DNA of 64,000 nt, taken from assembly GCF_009914755.1 (NCBI RefSeq), contig NC_060933.1; one strand, 5' to 3'. Shown piece after piece: positions 1 to 13,090 of this stretch. Under the pieces are notes generated by a model that saw only the letters and a program-made list of their open reading frames with translations, was not told the DNA's origin and made no database searches. Position 1 is the first letter of the stretch. Each line of letters starts with the position of its first letter. The translations under genes were made by a program, and so were the position numbers. The stretch is from the human T2T-CHM13v2.0 reference genome, Homo sapiens.

Positions 1-279
1 GATGAGGATGTTGATGGTAACGAGGATAGTGACAGGGACAACATGGGGGATTGTTTACTGAGGATTCCCTCATGCTGGCGCTTGAGGTGACACACCCTCA
101 CTGTGTGCTGTGTGCCCTGCCGTCATGGCTCCCCACTGGACCCTGCACCGAGCCCTAGACTTGCTCCCCTTTCAGTCAGTTCTCTGCCCAGGACTCACTT
201 GTTATGACTCAGGTTCCTTCCTGTGGACCCTGAATGGGGAGCACCTGACTACCTTTCCAGTTGCACTTCCCCCACCCCT

Positions 280-635
280 CCCCGTTCCCTGCCCCACGAG
301 TGCTCCAGCATACATCTTTGTCCTTGTTCCCTCTTCTTCTCTTCCTGGAACATTCTTTGTTCAGATACCTGTGTGGCTTGCTGCCCCACTTCATTCAAGT
401 GTGAATCCAACCACCCGGTCAAACACAGCCCCCTCCCATCCTCTAGCCAGGACCTGGCTCTGCATTTGTCTCTAGCTGTTGAGTTCACCTGATGTTGTTA
501 CATACTTCGTGTACTTTTCCCACACTCTAGACTGTACGCCACATGCAAGTAGAACATTTATGTCTTGTACCCTGATGTGTCTCTGGCACCTAGAATCGGG
601 CCTGACAGAAAGTTGGTGAATGAACAAACAAACAT
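280..635 (+). mobile_element. L2 3' fragment
   Basis: CTAGACTGTA…TGTCTTGTACCCTG…GCACCTAGAA…GGTGAATGAAC, typical L2 terminus; approximate. Confidence 0.55.
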
Positions 636-1143
636 TTAATTGTACCCCATAATGTGGACACATTGCTGTCTACATTTTACAGATGGGGAAACTAGACTCA
701 AAGAAGAGGTGGATTGACTAGCCCAATGTCATACAGCTGCAGCGGGACAGAACCAGGATTTTAGCCCAGTGTCTGTGGCCTCTGAGCCCTGTCTCAGCCA
801 GTAGACACTCCCACCTCCCCAGAATCTAGGATGGACAGGAATGGGAGGGGGCCCAAAAAGGTGGGTAGGATTTTACCCTGGGGATTGAGGGGTGAGGCCA
901 AGGAGGGGGTGAACCATGAGGGTCTGAGAGGGCCAGGGGCAGGTCGGGGACTTCAGTGAGGGTCAGGACAGGGAACCCTTGCAAGACAGTCTCTGAGGAG
1001 AGCACCCCCGGCACCAGCCACTCCCAAAGACCAGCCGCCTCCAGGCTTCTTGTGCTGGCTTTGGTTCCTGGCACGATTTCTGTTTCCCAGAGGAGCTCAG
1101 GCCTGGCCCGGCTTCCCAGGGTGGAGAAACACATGGTGAGTGA

Positions 1144-1177
1144 GTGTGTGTGCGCGCGTGTGTATGTGTGTGTGTGT
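1144..1177. repeat. (TG)n(CG)n(TG)n alternating purine-pyrimidine tract
   Basis: gtgtgtgtgcgcgcgtgtgtatgtgtgtgtgtgt. Confidence 0.9.
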
Positions 1178-1945
1178 CCAGCCTTGCTGTTTGCGTTGTC
1201 GTCACGTCTTCTTAATCAGCCTATTTCTGGGAGCGATGACTTCATCTCCTGTGATTCTCGACACAGCCATTGTCAGGCGTCCATGGAAAGATTGGGCCTG
1301 GCAGTGTCCATATTCCCCTAACGAGCCAGGTTGGGAGAGCCAATTGGCGGGCCCTGGTCTGACCTGGCTCGGGGGCTTATGGTCAGGTCTATCTCCAAGA
1401 GACTCCACTGCCCAGGGTCACCCTTAGATTTGGCCTCTTTGACCCTGGGGTACCCAGTGCAGCAAATTCCAGCCATTGTTTCCTGTGTGCTTCCTCTGTG
1501 TACGCTCTGCTGTGGGCAGGGGGTAGGGGACAGTCACGCCAATCTCTGCCCTCAAGGGCTCCTGCTGTCTGACAATGCAGATGAGTCAACAGACCTCACC
1601 TTAGAGGGTCTGTGCGTGAACAGAGAAGGGAGTGAGGACTCTACCAGCGCTCAAGGAAGGCTCCACTGAGTTGGTGGTTGGGCCACAGGGTGAAGGTGAA
1701 GGTTCCCTTGAGGGAGGGAAAGGGCTTTTGGGCATGCCAGGTAGTTGGGTATCACTGGGCACGGGGCGGCTATGTGTTGGGCCTGGAGAGTGCAAGGAAT
1801 AGAGGGGAAGGTAGCAGGAAGGCAGCAGGGTATGGACTTGATCCTGAAAGTAGCTGGGAAGGATTTTAAGAAGAGATGGGACCTAGATAGATCAGCGATT
1901 TTAGAAGCAAGTCCTTGGCTGTGTGTAAGGGTAGGTGTGGAAAGG

Positions 1946-2775
1946 TGTGACACTGGGAAATATATACAGTATTTGGTTTCTTGGCACACGACTCCTGAAA
2001 TCCTTAGATTCTTTAAAGTGATGTCTACTTATTTGCTAATGAGTTGACTGATGGCTGGCAGCCCCTAGGTGGCTTCAGAAAGGGGTCACAGAAAAGACCA
2101 AGGCAGGATTAGAGGGTTAGAACTTTCAGCCCACCCCACAGCCCCTGGGGCAGGGAGAGAGGCTGAAGGTTAAGTTAGTCGCCAATGGCTAGTGCTTTAA
2201 TCAATCATGCCTATGAAATGAAGCTTTTATAAAAACCCAAAAGGACAAAGCTTGGGGAGCTTTCAGATAGCTGAATGCTTGGAGGTTCCTGGAGGGTTCC
2301 TAGGGAGGGCATGGAAGCTCCACGCCCCTGCCCACATACCTCTCCCTATGCATCTTTTCATTGGTATCCCTTTATAATAAACTGGCAAACAGAAGTAAAT
2401 ATTTCCCTGAGTTCTGTGAGCTGTTGCAGCAAATTAATCAAACCCAAAGAGGGGTTTATGGGAAACCCAGTTGATAGCCAGTCGGTGGGAAGCACTGGTA
2501 AACCAACACGGGGCTTGCAATTGGCATCTGAAGGATGGGGGGATAGTCTTGGGGACTGAGCCCTCAACCTGTGGATCTGATGCTATCTCCAGGTAGATAA
2601 TGTCAAAATGGAACAAAATTAGAAGACATCTGGGCTGGTGTCTGCTGCCCAACTAATCGCCTGCTTGGTGTGTGGGGACAACCCCTCCCGCCCCCACCAC
2701 ATCTGGTGTTGGAAGTATTCTGCTTTGTGAGAGTATAAAAGGAAAGGGGAGAAACTGAGTTGGGTTTTTTCTACA
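1946..2775. mobile_element. ERVL-class solo LTR, MER21-like
   Basis: Recognised motifs AAAGACCAAGGCAGGATTAGAGGGTT…, TTAATCAATCATGCCTATG, CTGTGGATCTGATGCTATCTCCAGGTAGATA; TG…CA ends; boundaries approximate. Confidence 0.7.
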
Positions 2776-5029
2776 GAAGGTGTCTGGGACAGGGAGGAAG
2801 AAGCTGGCGACTGAGGGCTCAGCCCTGTATTCCCCTTTATCTTCAAGGGGAAGGGTCTCTTTCCCCACCCTACTCCCTCATACTGTACTTCAGGAACTGG
2901 TGCCAAGGCCAGCTGAGCTCAGCCAACTGCCAGGAGCTCAGTTCCCCACCCTGGAATGCTGGTGGGCTGGGGATGGGAGGTGGAGAGGAGTAGGGATGTG
3001 GGGTGGTCTCTCAAAAATATTGTGCTGGACTTACTGCAGGCTTATGTATAGCTTTGCCTGGAGGCAGGGGGACAGTTGAATGAGTGCCAGCAGGATAAAG
3101 CACTCTGAGGGGTGATACCTTGTGTCCTGCTCTTGGCCTGGACACTCGTTACCCCCTCACCTCCATTCCCCATCTGGAGATCCCTCAAGCCCCACCTTGA
3201 AGCAGAGACACTGATGTAACAGTTCAGGCTCCTGAGCTGCACTGCCCGCGGTGAAGCTGCTTCCCAGCGTTGTGGCCTCTAGCAGGTGACTTGCTCTGTA
3301 GTGAGTTTTAGTTTCCCTCTCTGTCAAATGGGGACAAAAAGTGTAACCATTTCCTAAGATACTTGTGAGGATTAACATATGTTTTAAGAGGGAGGCTTAG
3401 CAGAGTGCCTACACATAGAGGCGCCAGCGTGCCTTAGCATGGCAGTGGGGGTGTGGCAAGGGTGAGGGCAACTGTCTTCACCATAATTGCCAAGGCTCCC
3501 TTAGGATTCAAAAAGCCAGGGATCAGAGGAGTGAGGAGGTGTGATGGGAAGGCCCAACAGGAGAGCCTGTTTGGCGGAGCAAGAAAGAGACTGGGCCCTC
3601 CTCTCCACCACTCTGTGACCTCATCTCTCTGAGCCTCAATTTCTTGGCCCAAAGAAATGGTGAGAAAAGGAATGTTGGGGGCCCCCACTGCAGGGGCAGG
3701 TGAGGAGCTAATGTATCTGTTAACACTTGTGTATTTCCTTTTCCCTCAAAGCCGAGAATCAGCTGCTTGCCTCTCTCTTGGGCAGGCATCCAGCAGGGAA
3801 ATGCTTTGAAGGAAGCCTTCCCAAGCTGAGGGTAGCCAGGCTCTCCCACCTCCATCTCCTTCTCCCACACAGGGCTGTCTGCCTTCTCCCTTGTCCCTGA
3901 GCCACCACCCATCATCCTTTGCATGCCTTCATTGTTCCAGCTGCTCAGTGTTGTCTTTTTTTGTAAGAAAACAGTCCAGTTCAGCAAACATTTCATAAGC
4001 ACCTGTTGTCTGCCTGGGTCTTTTTTGGGCTCAGGGCATACAGGGGATGGTTAAAGTACCAACCCAGCTATTATAGGGGAGAATATTATGGAATTGTTTT
4101 GAAAGATCTGAATGCAAAAGCAGCGATCCCAGGGCAGGAGGCCCTGGGTTCTAGGCCCTTGTTCTCCTTTCTTCCCTTGGGACCTTGGGCAACTCATGGT
4201 ACTTCTCTGAATCTCAGTTTCTTCAACTCAAAACCCAGGTCAGTCTGTTGATGCCCCTGGTTCTAAGAGGCATCCTGTGATCAGTTTTGGAGTAACACCC
4301 TGTGGGCTCATCAGTTAGAGAGGTCTGTGGGAACTGCAGTTTCAGGCCATAGTGAGAACAGCAGACCCCAGAGGGAGGAGTCTGATCCAAGTTTGAGTCC
4401 CGTTCCACTGCAGCTTTTGCTAGTTGCGTGAATTTGGGCCCGTTCCTTAACTCAAAGACTGGGTTTTCTCAGATGTAAGGTAGGCATTGTGATATGCCTG
4501 CCAATAGGGAACTCACGGGTCTTATTAATGCTACTGAGATCCTGTTCTCAGATACAGGGCCTGCTCCATGCCAAGAATACATACCCAACCCTCCAGAGCT
4601 CCTTGTATCAGAGAGGGGCATTAGTGCCCAACTTAAGAGGAGCCAGTGAGGGTGGGGAGGCCTGCAGCTGGCCCAGGAGCTCTAGAATGACTGCAGGTGG
4701 GCTGGGCAGGGGCTTCTTGATTTCAACATGCACTAGTGTGGAATTCTATCTAGCTTTATGAAGAAAATGTTTGCTAATGTTATTAATAGTGTAAATGAGA
4801 TTTGGGGAGGGGGGGACAGCCAGGGGAAGGGGTTATTTAAACACACTTCAAAGAACACCCTTCTCCAGTATTTAAGCAGCATCATTTGCATATGTAATAA
4901 TTGTGCTAATTATAGGTGGCCTCATCTGTTAACGACAAGTTTGCCTGGTTGAGTTACATTATTGTAATCACCCAATCATAATTCTCTGGCATGCTTTTCA
5001 CTAAAGATAACAACAACAATAGTAATAAT

Positions 5030-5260
5030 GCCTGTCATTTTTTAGTCTTTTGCTCTGTGCCAGGCTTCCTCCCAGGTACTTGACAGTCATCAGCTCATTT
5101 AATCTTCACAACACCTCTGTGTCCCAAAGATTCTTATCTCCTGTGTACAGAGGATGAAACTGAAGTGCAGAGAGGTTAGGTAACCTCCCTGGGCTCACAC
5201 AGCCAAGAGCCAAGGGGGAAATGCCAGCTCACAGGCTCTTTCCACTGGCTAGCACTACTT
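5030..5260. mobile_element. MIR SINE
   Basis: CTCATTTAATCTTCACAACA…ACAGAGGATGAAACTGAAG…AGAGGTTAGGTAACCT core. Confidence 0.6.
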
Positions 5261-7654
5261 CTCTGGGGACACTTGACATGTGTTCTCACCCTTTATCTCT
5301 AAGCCTTCTCTTTCTCATTTGCTCCTCTCAGAAACCCCCATTTTACCGAAGAGGAAGCTGAGACCCTAGGAGAGAATTTGGGGCTGGGCAGGAGGTGAGC
5401 CCAGGTCCCCTTAACTTTATGACAAAACCAGCCCCAGCATACCCACCTGCCTTCCTGCAGTAAGGGATGGAGGGCAGCAGCTCCTCCATGTTCTCCTCTG
5501 AAGTCTTGAAGGAGTCCAGCCTTGAGGAGGAGGGTGCTCCTTACCTCTGCTATCAAGCGGGGTAGGCCTGGCCTCTCCATCAAAGAAATTATAAGTAAAC
5601 AGGTGGGAGGACTCTAGCACACCATTAATTGCTTTACATAGGTTGTCATTAAATCAGAGATAGTATATGGATGGCTGGTGGCCAGATGTAGCCCACAAAC
5701 AGGTCTCATTTGGCCCGATGGGGTGGAAAGTTTTTGTTTTGTTTGTTTGTTTAAAATCATTCACCAACACTAGAACATTTACCTTAAACATTCACCTGAA
5801 AATCTAGGTTTCTGGCTTCTATTTTAAGACAGATGTGGCTTCAGTGGGCCTATATTCCTATAGGGCAAATAATTGGTTTCTTCAGTTCACCTCAGACTCC
5901 TTTTCTCCCTGGAAGGCTCCTCCCAGCAACCTTGGGAGGTGTGTGGGTGTGTGTGGGGTTATAGTGTTCCCATTCTGCAGATAAGGAGCCTGGGGCCCAG
6001 AGGGGACCAGCTGGGCCACTCCACAAAGCTGTTGGTAAGGTCAGGACTTGAACCTCCATCCTCATCTCCACGCTTTGTGGTTCTCACTCCACCTCGCTGC
6101 CTCCCAGCCATGTCCAACCCCCACTGGCCGCCAAGGAAAGAAAGAAACTTTTCACAGGCCTAATGACTCAAAAATAAGCAACAGTAAGCCTGAAGAACTG
6201 TTCCTATCTCCCTCCTCTCCCTTTCCACCCTTCCCGAGGCCAGAAGGGACATGGGAAACCTATTCATTTAAACTCAATTATTTTCTCGAAGACAGAACAG
6301 AACTGAATTGGGTCAACGGCTATATTTGCTGTGCTCAGCTGTTTTCCTGCAACAGCATCACCCGCCGGGTCTGTTGCTGGGCCCTGCACTGCCAGGCTCA
6401 CCAATTATAGCTCCATATTGGTAGCCATTCCTTGGGAAGCTTGGCTCAGGAAGAGAGGAGTCAGTGAATAGAACCTATCACCCTCTCCTTTTTCGCCCAG
6501 CAGGCTGCAGGGGCAGGGTCCCTGGGCCAGTGTGGGTCCAGGCTCCGTAACTGTGTGGTCAGCACCTCCAGGGACCTAGGCTTCAGGTATTAGACATTTA
6601 ATGTCCAACACCTATCTGTAGGGGAGGTGCATCTGCAGCAGAGTTTCTGCAGATGAGGAAACTAAGGCTTAGAGAAATGAAGTGCTTGTGGGAGAAGCAG
6701 ACCTTAGAGTCAGGCACAGCTGGCACTTTCTAGCTGTGTGACTGGGAGCAAAGAACCTGACTGCCTTGCTCCTCTGATCCCACCTGTAAAGGAGGCATAA
6801 TTTGACATACCTCACAGGGCTGGGCTGTCCTGTTGTAGATGGGTTGCAGTGTACATGCCAGCAGCCTGCCCAGGGTTAACCCTCCTGGCAATGAGAAGTG
6901 TGCACCATGTGCCAGGCACAGAAGTTGGTGGGGGCACAGAAGTTGTTGGGGACACAGATCTCTGAAGAAGGATATGCTTGGACATCGTTCTCTCCAGATA
7001 CCTTTCCTGATTCCCTGCTCCCAAACTGGAAATGCTCCTGCAGTCTCTCTAGGTCCCCTGTTGGTCCAGGCCCTGCCCTGGACACTTTTCACCACATCTT
7101 CTGGGCCTACAGCCTGTTATATATATTTTTTTGTTTGGTCCTAATATTTGTGTACCTTCCCCTCTCTACTAAACTGCCAGTTTCCTGAGGACAGACCGGG
7201 TGTCTTGTTCACCTGTTTGGCTCCTGGTGTCACTTCCTTCCCAGCTGGGTGGCCTTGGACTGGTTGTTTAACCCGGTGCACCTGTTTTCACATCTGTAAA
7301 ATGGGAACAGTGATCTCTCTCCCTCTGGCACATGTCACGGCAAGGAGGTTAATATCACACATGGCAGCACTGTGCCAGATGGCTGACGGAATGGAGTCTA
7401 GAGAAACATTGGGAGGAAACCAAAGCAGAGGCTGCCCCTCTGCCCTCCTTGAAGTAGGGAGTATCTAAGGAGGCGAGGCATAGTGGTTATAAATGCTGTC
7501 TTGTTATAGAATTGCTGTCTGGTTACATGGGGAAGTGGGAACAGAGTGGTGGCCAGTGGGCCTTTCCTTGTCTCCTCCAGCTTCTTGCTGCAGAGTGCTG
7601 GGCTTGCCCCAAGAATGGACTGCTCTGGCCTCACGGTCATCTCAGATTGCCCAG

Positions 7655-7687
7655 TGGGGCTGGGGCTGGGGCTGGGGCTGGGGCTGG
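7655..7687. repeat. (TGGGGC)5 simple repeat, G-quadruplex capable
   Basis: tggggc x5 + tgg. Confidence 0.9.
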
Positions 7688-8699
7688 TTGGGACCTACCC
7701 ACAACCACTGACCTCCAGGTGCCCGGGTTACAGTACCTGGCATTAGATCTCTTCTTTTGGGGTCTGGGTGTAGAGCAGGATCTCCCTGCACTACCCCACG
7801 ATATTATTGCTGATCTCAGGGTTGGGGAGTGTTTAGGGAGGCTTGAGTTCCCTGACCTTTCAGGAAGCATGCATGTGAACTTAGGCCTCGGACCTCGTGT
7901 AGACATGGTGTGGTGATGGCTGGGCCCTACTCTGGTGGGGTGGACGCAGGACTTGGGGACTAAGCAGCAAGTGACCTAGCCACAGACACAGAAATGGCTC
8001 TGGTGGGAGCCCAGAGTGGCACTGGACTCTCTGGGGGGCCAGGGCTGAGGGGACTGCCCAGGTTGATCCCGGCGTCTTGTACAATAGAACCAGCAGTCAC
8101 AGGCTCATAAACTGTAACCGTCCTCTTTCCGTTGCCTCTTGGTAGCATTCAGCCCCTGGCACACTATGCTGGGTGTTGCCTAGTACTTGGCACTGTGACA
8201 ACCAAGAAAGAAAAATGCTGACCATGTCTCACTGCTTGTTCGAGTAAATTTACTCTATATTTTTTAGAGATGTCGCATGGGTGGGAATTTACTCCCACTA
8301 AATGTTTTGATGGAAACATTACATTTTTGGAGTGAACATGTGTCAACATCACTGTGGAGAAAAGGTTCCAGGATTCTCTGCCAGCCAAAGTCATCACCAT
8401 AAGACACTGGTTGGGGGCCTGGCAGGCGGAGGTGATGCGACCAGGCTGGTAGTGGGGCAGAGGTAGCCAGATGGGTAGGAGTCTGCCTGGCTGGTCTGGA
8501 GGGAGAAGGGGATCTGAGCTGGGGGAACTGAATAGGTGGTGAGGAGGAAGGGAGTAGGGAGGCTGTGGGCTGATGACATACATTAACCACCCACACAGCT
8601 CAAAACTAGGTGAGTGGGGAGCTTGAGGGGCAGGAACAGCGAGCAGAGGCTCTGAAGTGTTGAACACTGGCAGCTCAGACCCGAGGGACAGGCTGGGGC

Positions 8700-8910
8700 C
8701 AGATTGTTGAGGGTCCTAGAATCCCAGCTCCCACCAGTAACTAGCGATGTGAGCTTGGGCAACTTTTCCAACCTTTCTGTGCTTCTGCTTCATTTTTAGT
8801 AAAATGTAGCATGGATAGCCACAGCTTATGGCTCTTTGGAGAATTAAAGGAGATAATGTCTGTAAAATACCTAGCGCTGGGCCTGGCACATAGCAGGTGC
8901 CAGGACACAT
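8700..8910. mobile_element. MIR SINE
   Basis: AATCCCAGCTCC…TGTGAGCTTGGGCAAC…TCTGTGCTTCTGCTTC…GTAAAATG…CCTGGCACATAG. Confidence 0.6.
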
Positions 8911-10084
8911 TTGCTGTTTGTTGGTGATGATAAAGCCACACAAGTATAGATGTACTCACATAAATTAACAGCTGGTGCACTGAAACTACTTCCTGAGTTG
9001 GCCCTCAATCTAATACCAAGTTTGTTTTCTCACCTTCAGCTAAGTACAACTGGTCTCTTCAGAAGCCCTTGTGGTCTCTTGTACCTTGTGGTACAACTGT
9101 GGTCTCTTCAGAAGCCCTTATTCATGAACAGCCAGGCCCTGGGCTGACTTTGCTACAGGGCATCCGTCTCTGGCCCTGTACCTGTTTCTGTCCTACAGAC
9201 GGATCCTGGGGCAGTTGGTGGGTTTTAGCAGCACCCTCCTTTAGAAAAAGCCTCTGTCGTCTGCTCAGTCTCTAGAAAGAAGAGATGTCTCCTCTCCCAG
9301 GATGCATGCATCTCTCCCCACGGGATGTACAGGCGTTGCCTGGAGGTATTCCTTGACAGTCGTGGCCCAGACTCTCTTGTCATTCAAAGAAATGGGAAGC
9401 TTTTTGAGGTGGGAGGGTTTCAGACTCCCCCAGAGAGCCTAGCCCAGTTGCTGAGGACATCTTCAGATCTGAAAGAAGATAAGACAGGAGCATCCTGAGC
9501 TCTGGGGAGAAGACGGCCTGCAGTGTGTGTTTCTCCATCACTCACGTATGGAATCCCTTAGGCCCTGAGAACCAGAGATGAACAGACCCCAAGGAAGGCC
9601 TGGCAGGGCAGGCAGCAGTAGCCAGGAGAAGGGAGTCAGACCAGGAATTCAGGCAGAGAAAGGGAGAGATTGTGCACTTTCCTGTGCCCGGGGCCACTGG
9701 GAAGGCTTCCCTCAGGTGGGGGCAGTTGAGCTGGGCCTTGAAAGGTGAATGAAAATTAGAAATGGGGGCAGGAGGGGAGCCTCGTGGAAGCAAGTGTGTG
9801 ACTGTGAGAAAGGCGGGGCATGCACTGGGAAGAGTAAAAAAGGAGGCGGGCTTTGTGACTGTTCCCTGTGATAAGCTCCAGGTATAAAGGTGAGGAGTGT
9901 GCAGGGACAGGTAGGACCTACTGATGGGCGAGGCCCAAGGCTCTGGACTTGTTCTGTGGCCACAGGAGATGCTGAAACCAGGAGTGACTGGATCAGGGCA
10001 GCTTCTGAAATTCCCCCAGCTACACGTGGCCAAGAATGGTCACTGTGTACTCTGTACTTTTATGTGTTACTAAAGATGTTGCTG

Positions 10085-10390
<306 letters not shown>

Positions 10391-12219
10391 GATGTTGCTG
10401 AAAGGAGCCTGCAAGCGGTTATGCAGACTTCTGAGCAGGGGCTAGGAAGGAGGGCACAGAGGAAGCAACAGCAGACAGCTGGTGAGGGTGGGAGACCCAC
10501 TGGAGATGGACATATTCTGACCCTCAGATGCAGGCTCATTTCTTGTTAGCTCGTGACTCCTTACTATGAGAGCTGTCATGCAAAGGAAAAGGCCCTGTTA
10601 TGGGGCCCTGTTTTCTTATAACAAGATATTATAACAGTGGGGATGACTCAACAAGGGGATGCTTCTTGCCTGAGGGAAATCTAGGAAGGCTTCCAGGAGG
10701 AAGGACTATTCAGATTGAGGAGGGAAATGAGGGGGCTAGTAAAAGGTGCAAAAACAGTTGTCTAGGGGTGAGGCACACTTTCAGATGTAGTTGGGTCAAC
10801 TTGAGCAAATGACTTAGCTATTCCAGACTTGATTTCATCTATAAAGTGGTCACAGTATCTGCCTTGCCTGTTTGTTGCCATGATCATGAAATCAGTGGGA
10901 GCAGACCTGGCTTGGAGCCTGCACCCTGGAGGGAGGTGGTGCTCAGAGGATGCACTCTGCTTTCGCCTTCCTTGTTGGTTTGGCTGCTCTGGAGCCAAAG
11001 GGGGCTTCTCTGGCCCCAGGACCTCTCTGAGACTCTATCTTCACCTCTCCCCTGCTAGGAAATTTTATTAAGACATTGGATAAACAGATGACAGCTCTGA
11101 GGGAAAACTTCTCAGAAGGAAGGGGACAGGACACTAAGTGCTCTTCTGGCTGGGAGCCTTTTAGGCAGTAGGGGGAGCTGGGTAGCTCTTGGGGCTTTGG
11201 TGGTGTGGACTGATGCAAATGTGGGCAGACGGGGTGGTGTTGGATCGCCTGGCCTGTGTGCACGGCAGAGCTGAGCCTGGAGCCTAGGGCCCAGCAGGGG
11301 ATGGAATGAGTCAGGGACTTTCCAGGTTGGGGGCTGCTGCTGGGGACACAGTAAAACCTCTTCACCAGTCCTGCAATAACCCCAGACAGTATCCTGCCTG
11401 CCTGTACACAGTAGGTGCCTGACACAGTCTGCAGCTTAGTAGGAGCTCAGTAGTTGTTTGCTAAAACAGTGGCGCAGGCTGCAACTGCCAAGGACTGACC
11501 TGGGGTCTGTGATGCCTTAGGGTGGAGGATGCGAGGAGCTGGGCAGGACCTAGGTGGGACTCCAGGGTGTGGCTCTTGTTCTCCCACTGGCTTCTGTTCA
11601 TATTTACATCGGGAGGCTGTGCAGCCTCGGGTTCCTGGCCTCAGCTGGATTAGCACCTCTTGCTGGTGGCTGTAAGGGAAGGAGGTGTGACGGTATGATA
11701 CCCTGCATGTGGTAGAGACTCAGTAAGTGGATACCATTGCGGTGGCTTCTCTGGTGGGATGGGAAAAAGGGTGACCCCAGGCAAAAATACCTGGTTGGCT
11801 GGGTGTGCCTTTCCCCTAGGGGTTTTTGTTTCCGTGTTTAAATGACCCAAGGATGAATCTCCAGGCCAGCAGGTGGGGCAGGGGTTTGTCTGCCCCCAGG
11901 CTTCTGGGCGCAATCGGGAACCTGGGCAGCTCACACAGCTCACCAGCCTGTCTCCTCCTTCCCTGCACCCGACCTTTCCCTTCTGTCCTGCCGGACTAGC
12001 CGGGTGCTTTCCAGAAGAGAAAACCCGGGACTGCTGCCTGGGAACCCAGTGCCCTTCTCAGCTTAGGCTGTCTAGACCCAAGTCGGGGTGGGGAGTCGGG
12101 TTAGGGGATCATGGTAGACAAACCCCTGGCCTTGTCTGGACCTCAGTTGTGTTCACTTGTTAAAATGTTGGAATGGAAATGTGGGGAAGGGAGAGCGTTT
12201 GCCTTGGTTGGGTCTCTGG

Positions 12220-12700
12220 GCTGCGCTGGTCTAAGCCCGACGAACCCGGGGTGGGGCCAGCGGGCCAAACTGGAATGCGCCGCGAGAGCCGGGCCGCGGG
12301 CAAGTGAGGGGCTGGCGGGGCCGGTGGGGACCCAGACTCGCACGAAGGTGGGGAAGGAGTTGCAAGGCAGAGACCCCCGAACCCCTGCTCCAGGGCCTGC
12401 GCGTCCCGCCCGCCCGGCGTGCCGAAGCGCAGCGGCGGGTCGCTAGCGGGAAGTGGCTGCAGCTGGAGGCAGCTGGCCGCGGAATGTCACCCGCTGCCGG
12501 GCCTGGGAAGGGCTGGGCCTACTGCTGTGGGGTGGGGGGCGGGTGGGAGGGCCCGGAGGGCTGGGGCTGGGGCGGGCCGCTTCCGGGCTGGAGAGGGTTT
12601 GGGGCGTGGCGCAGCCCGACGTTAGTCCGGAATGCTCTGGGAGCAGCGCTCGGGGGAGGTTACCTTGGCGCGCCCCCAAATCTTTTGGTTCCCCCGCTCC
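12220..12700. promoter_or_regulatory. Intragenic CpG island / probable alternative promoter
   Basis: Sharp local CpG/GC enrichment (gcgccgcgagagccgggccgcggg, cgcccgcccggcg), GC box GGGCGG ~12570, ETS-like GGAAG cores ~12449 and ~12581. Confidence 0.75.
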
Positions 12701-12744
12701 TGCCTTCCACTGCTCTGGCTGACCTGGCTCAGACCAGCTTGAAA

Positions 12745-13090
12745 AATGCATTCATTCATTCAGTACATCTGTCGAGTGTCTACTCTGTGCCAGGCTCTGG
12801 TTCGAGGTGTGCTGGGCTTACCGGGGCGTGCAGGTCCCTGTTCTCGTGGACCGGACATTTTCATGATAGGTAAAAGACAGAAACAAACAAGATGACTTCA
12901 GGGTAGTTCTGTGGAGAAAATGAAGCAGGGTGATAACTTGGGAGGTGGGAGTTGCCCCTTTAGCTAGAGAGATCAGGGAAGGCCTCTTCCTGGGACGGGA
13001 CTTTGGGTCTGAGACCGGAATGAGGAGGAACCAGCCTTGCCCACGGAATGGCAAATACAAAGGCCCAGAGGCGGGGCTTGGGGCAGGATA
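12745..13090 (-). mobile_element. L2 3' fragment abutting the CpG island
   Basis: CATTCATTCATTCAG…GAGTGTCTACTCTGTGCCAGGC, then CAGGGAAGGCCTCT…; approximate. Confidence 0.55.
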
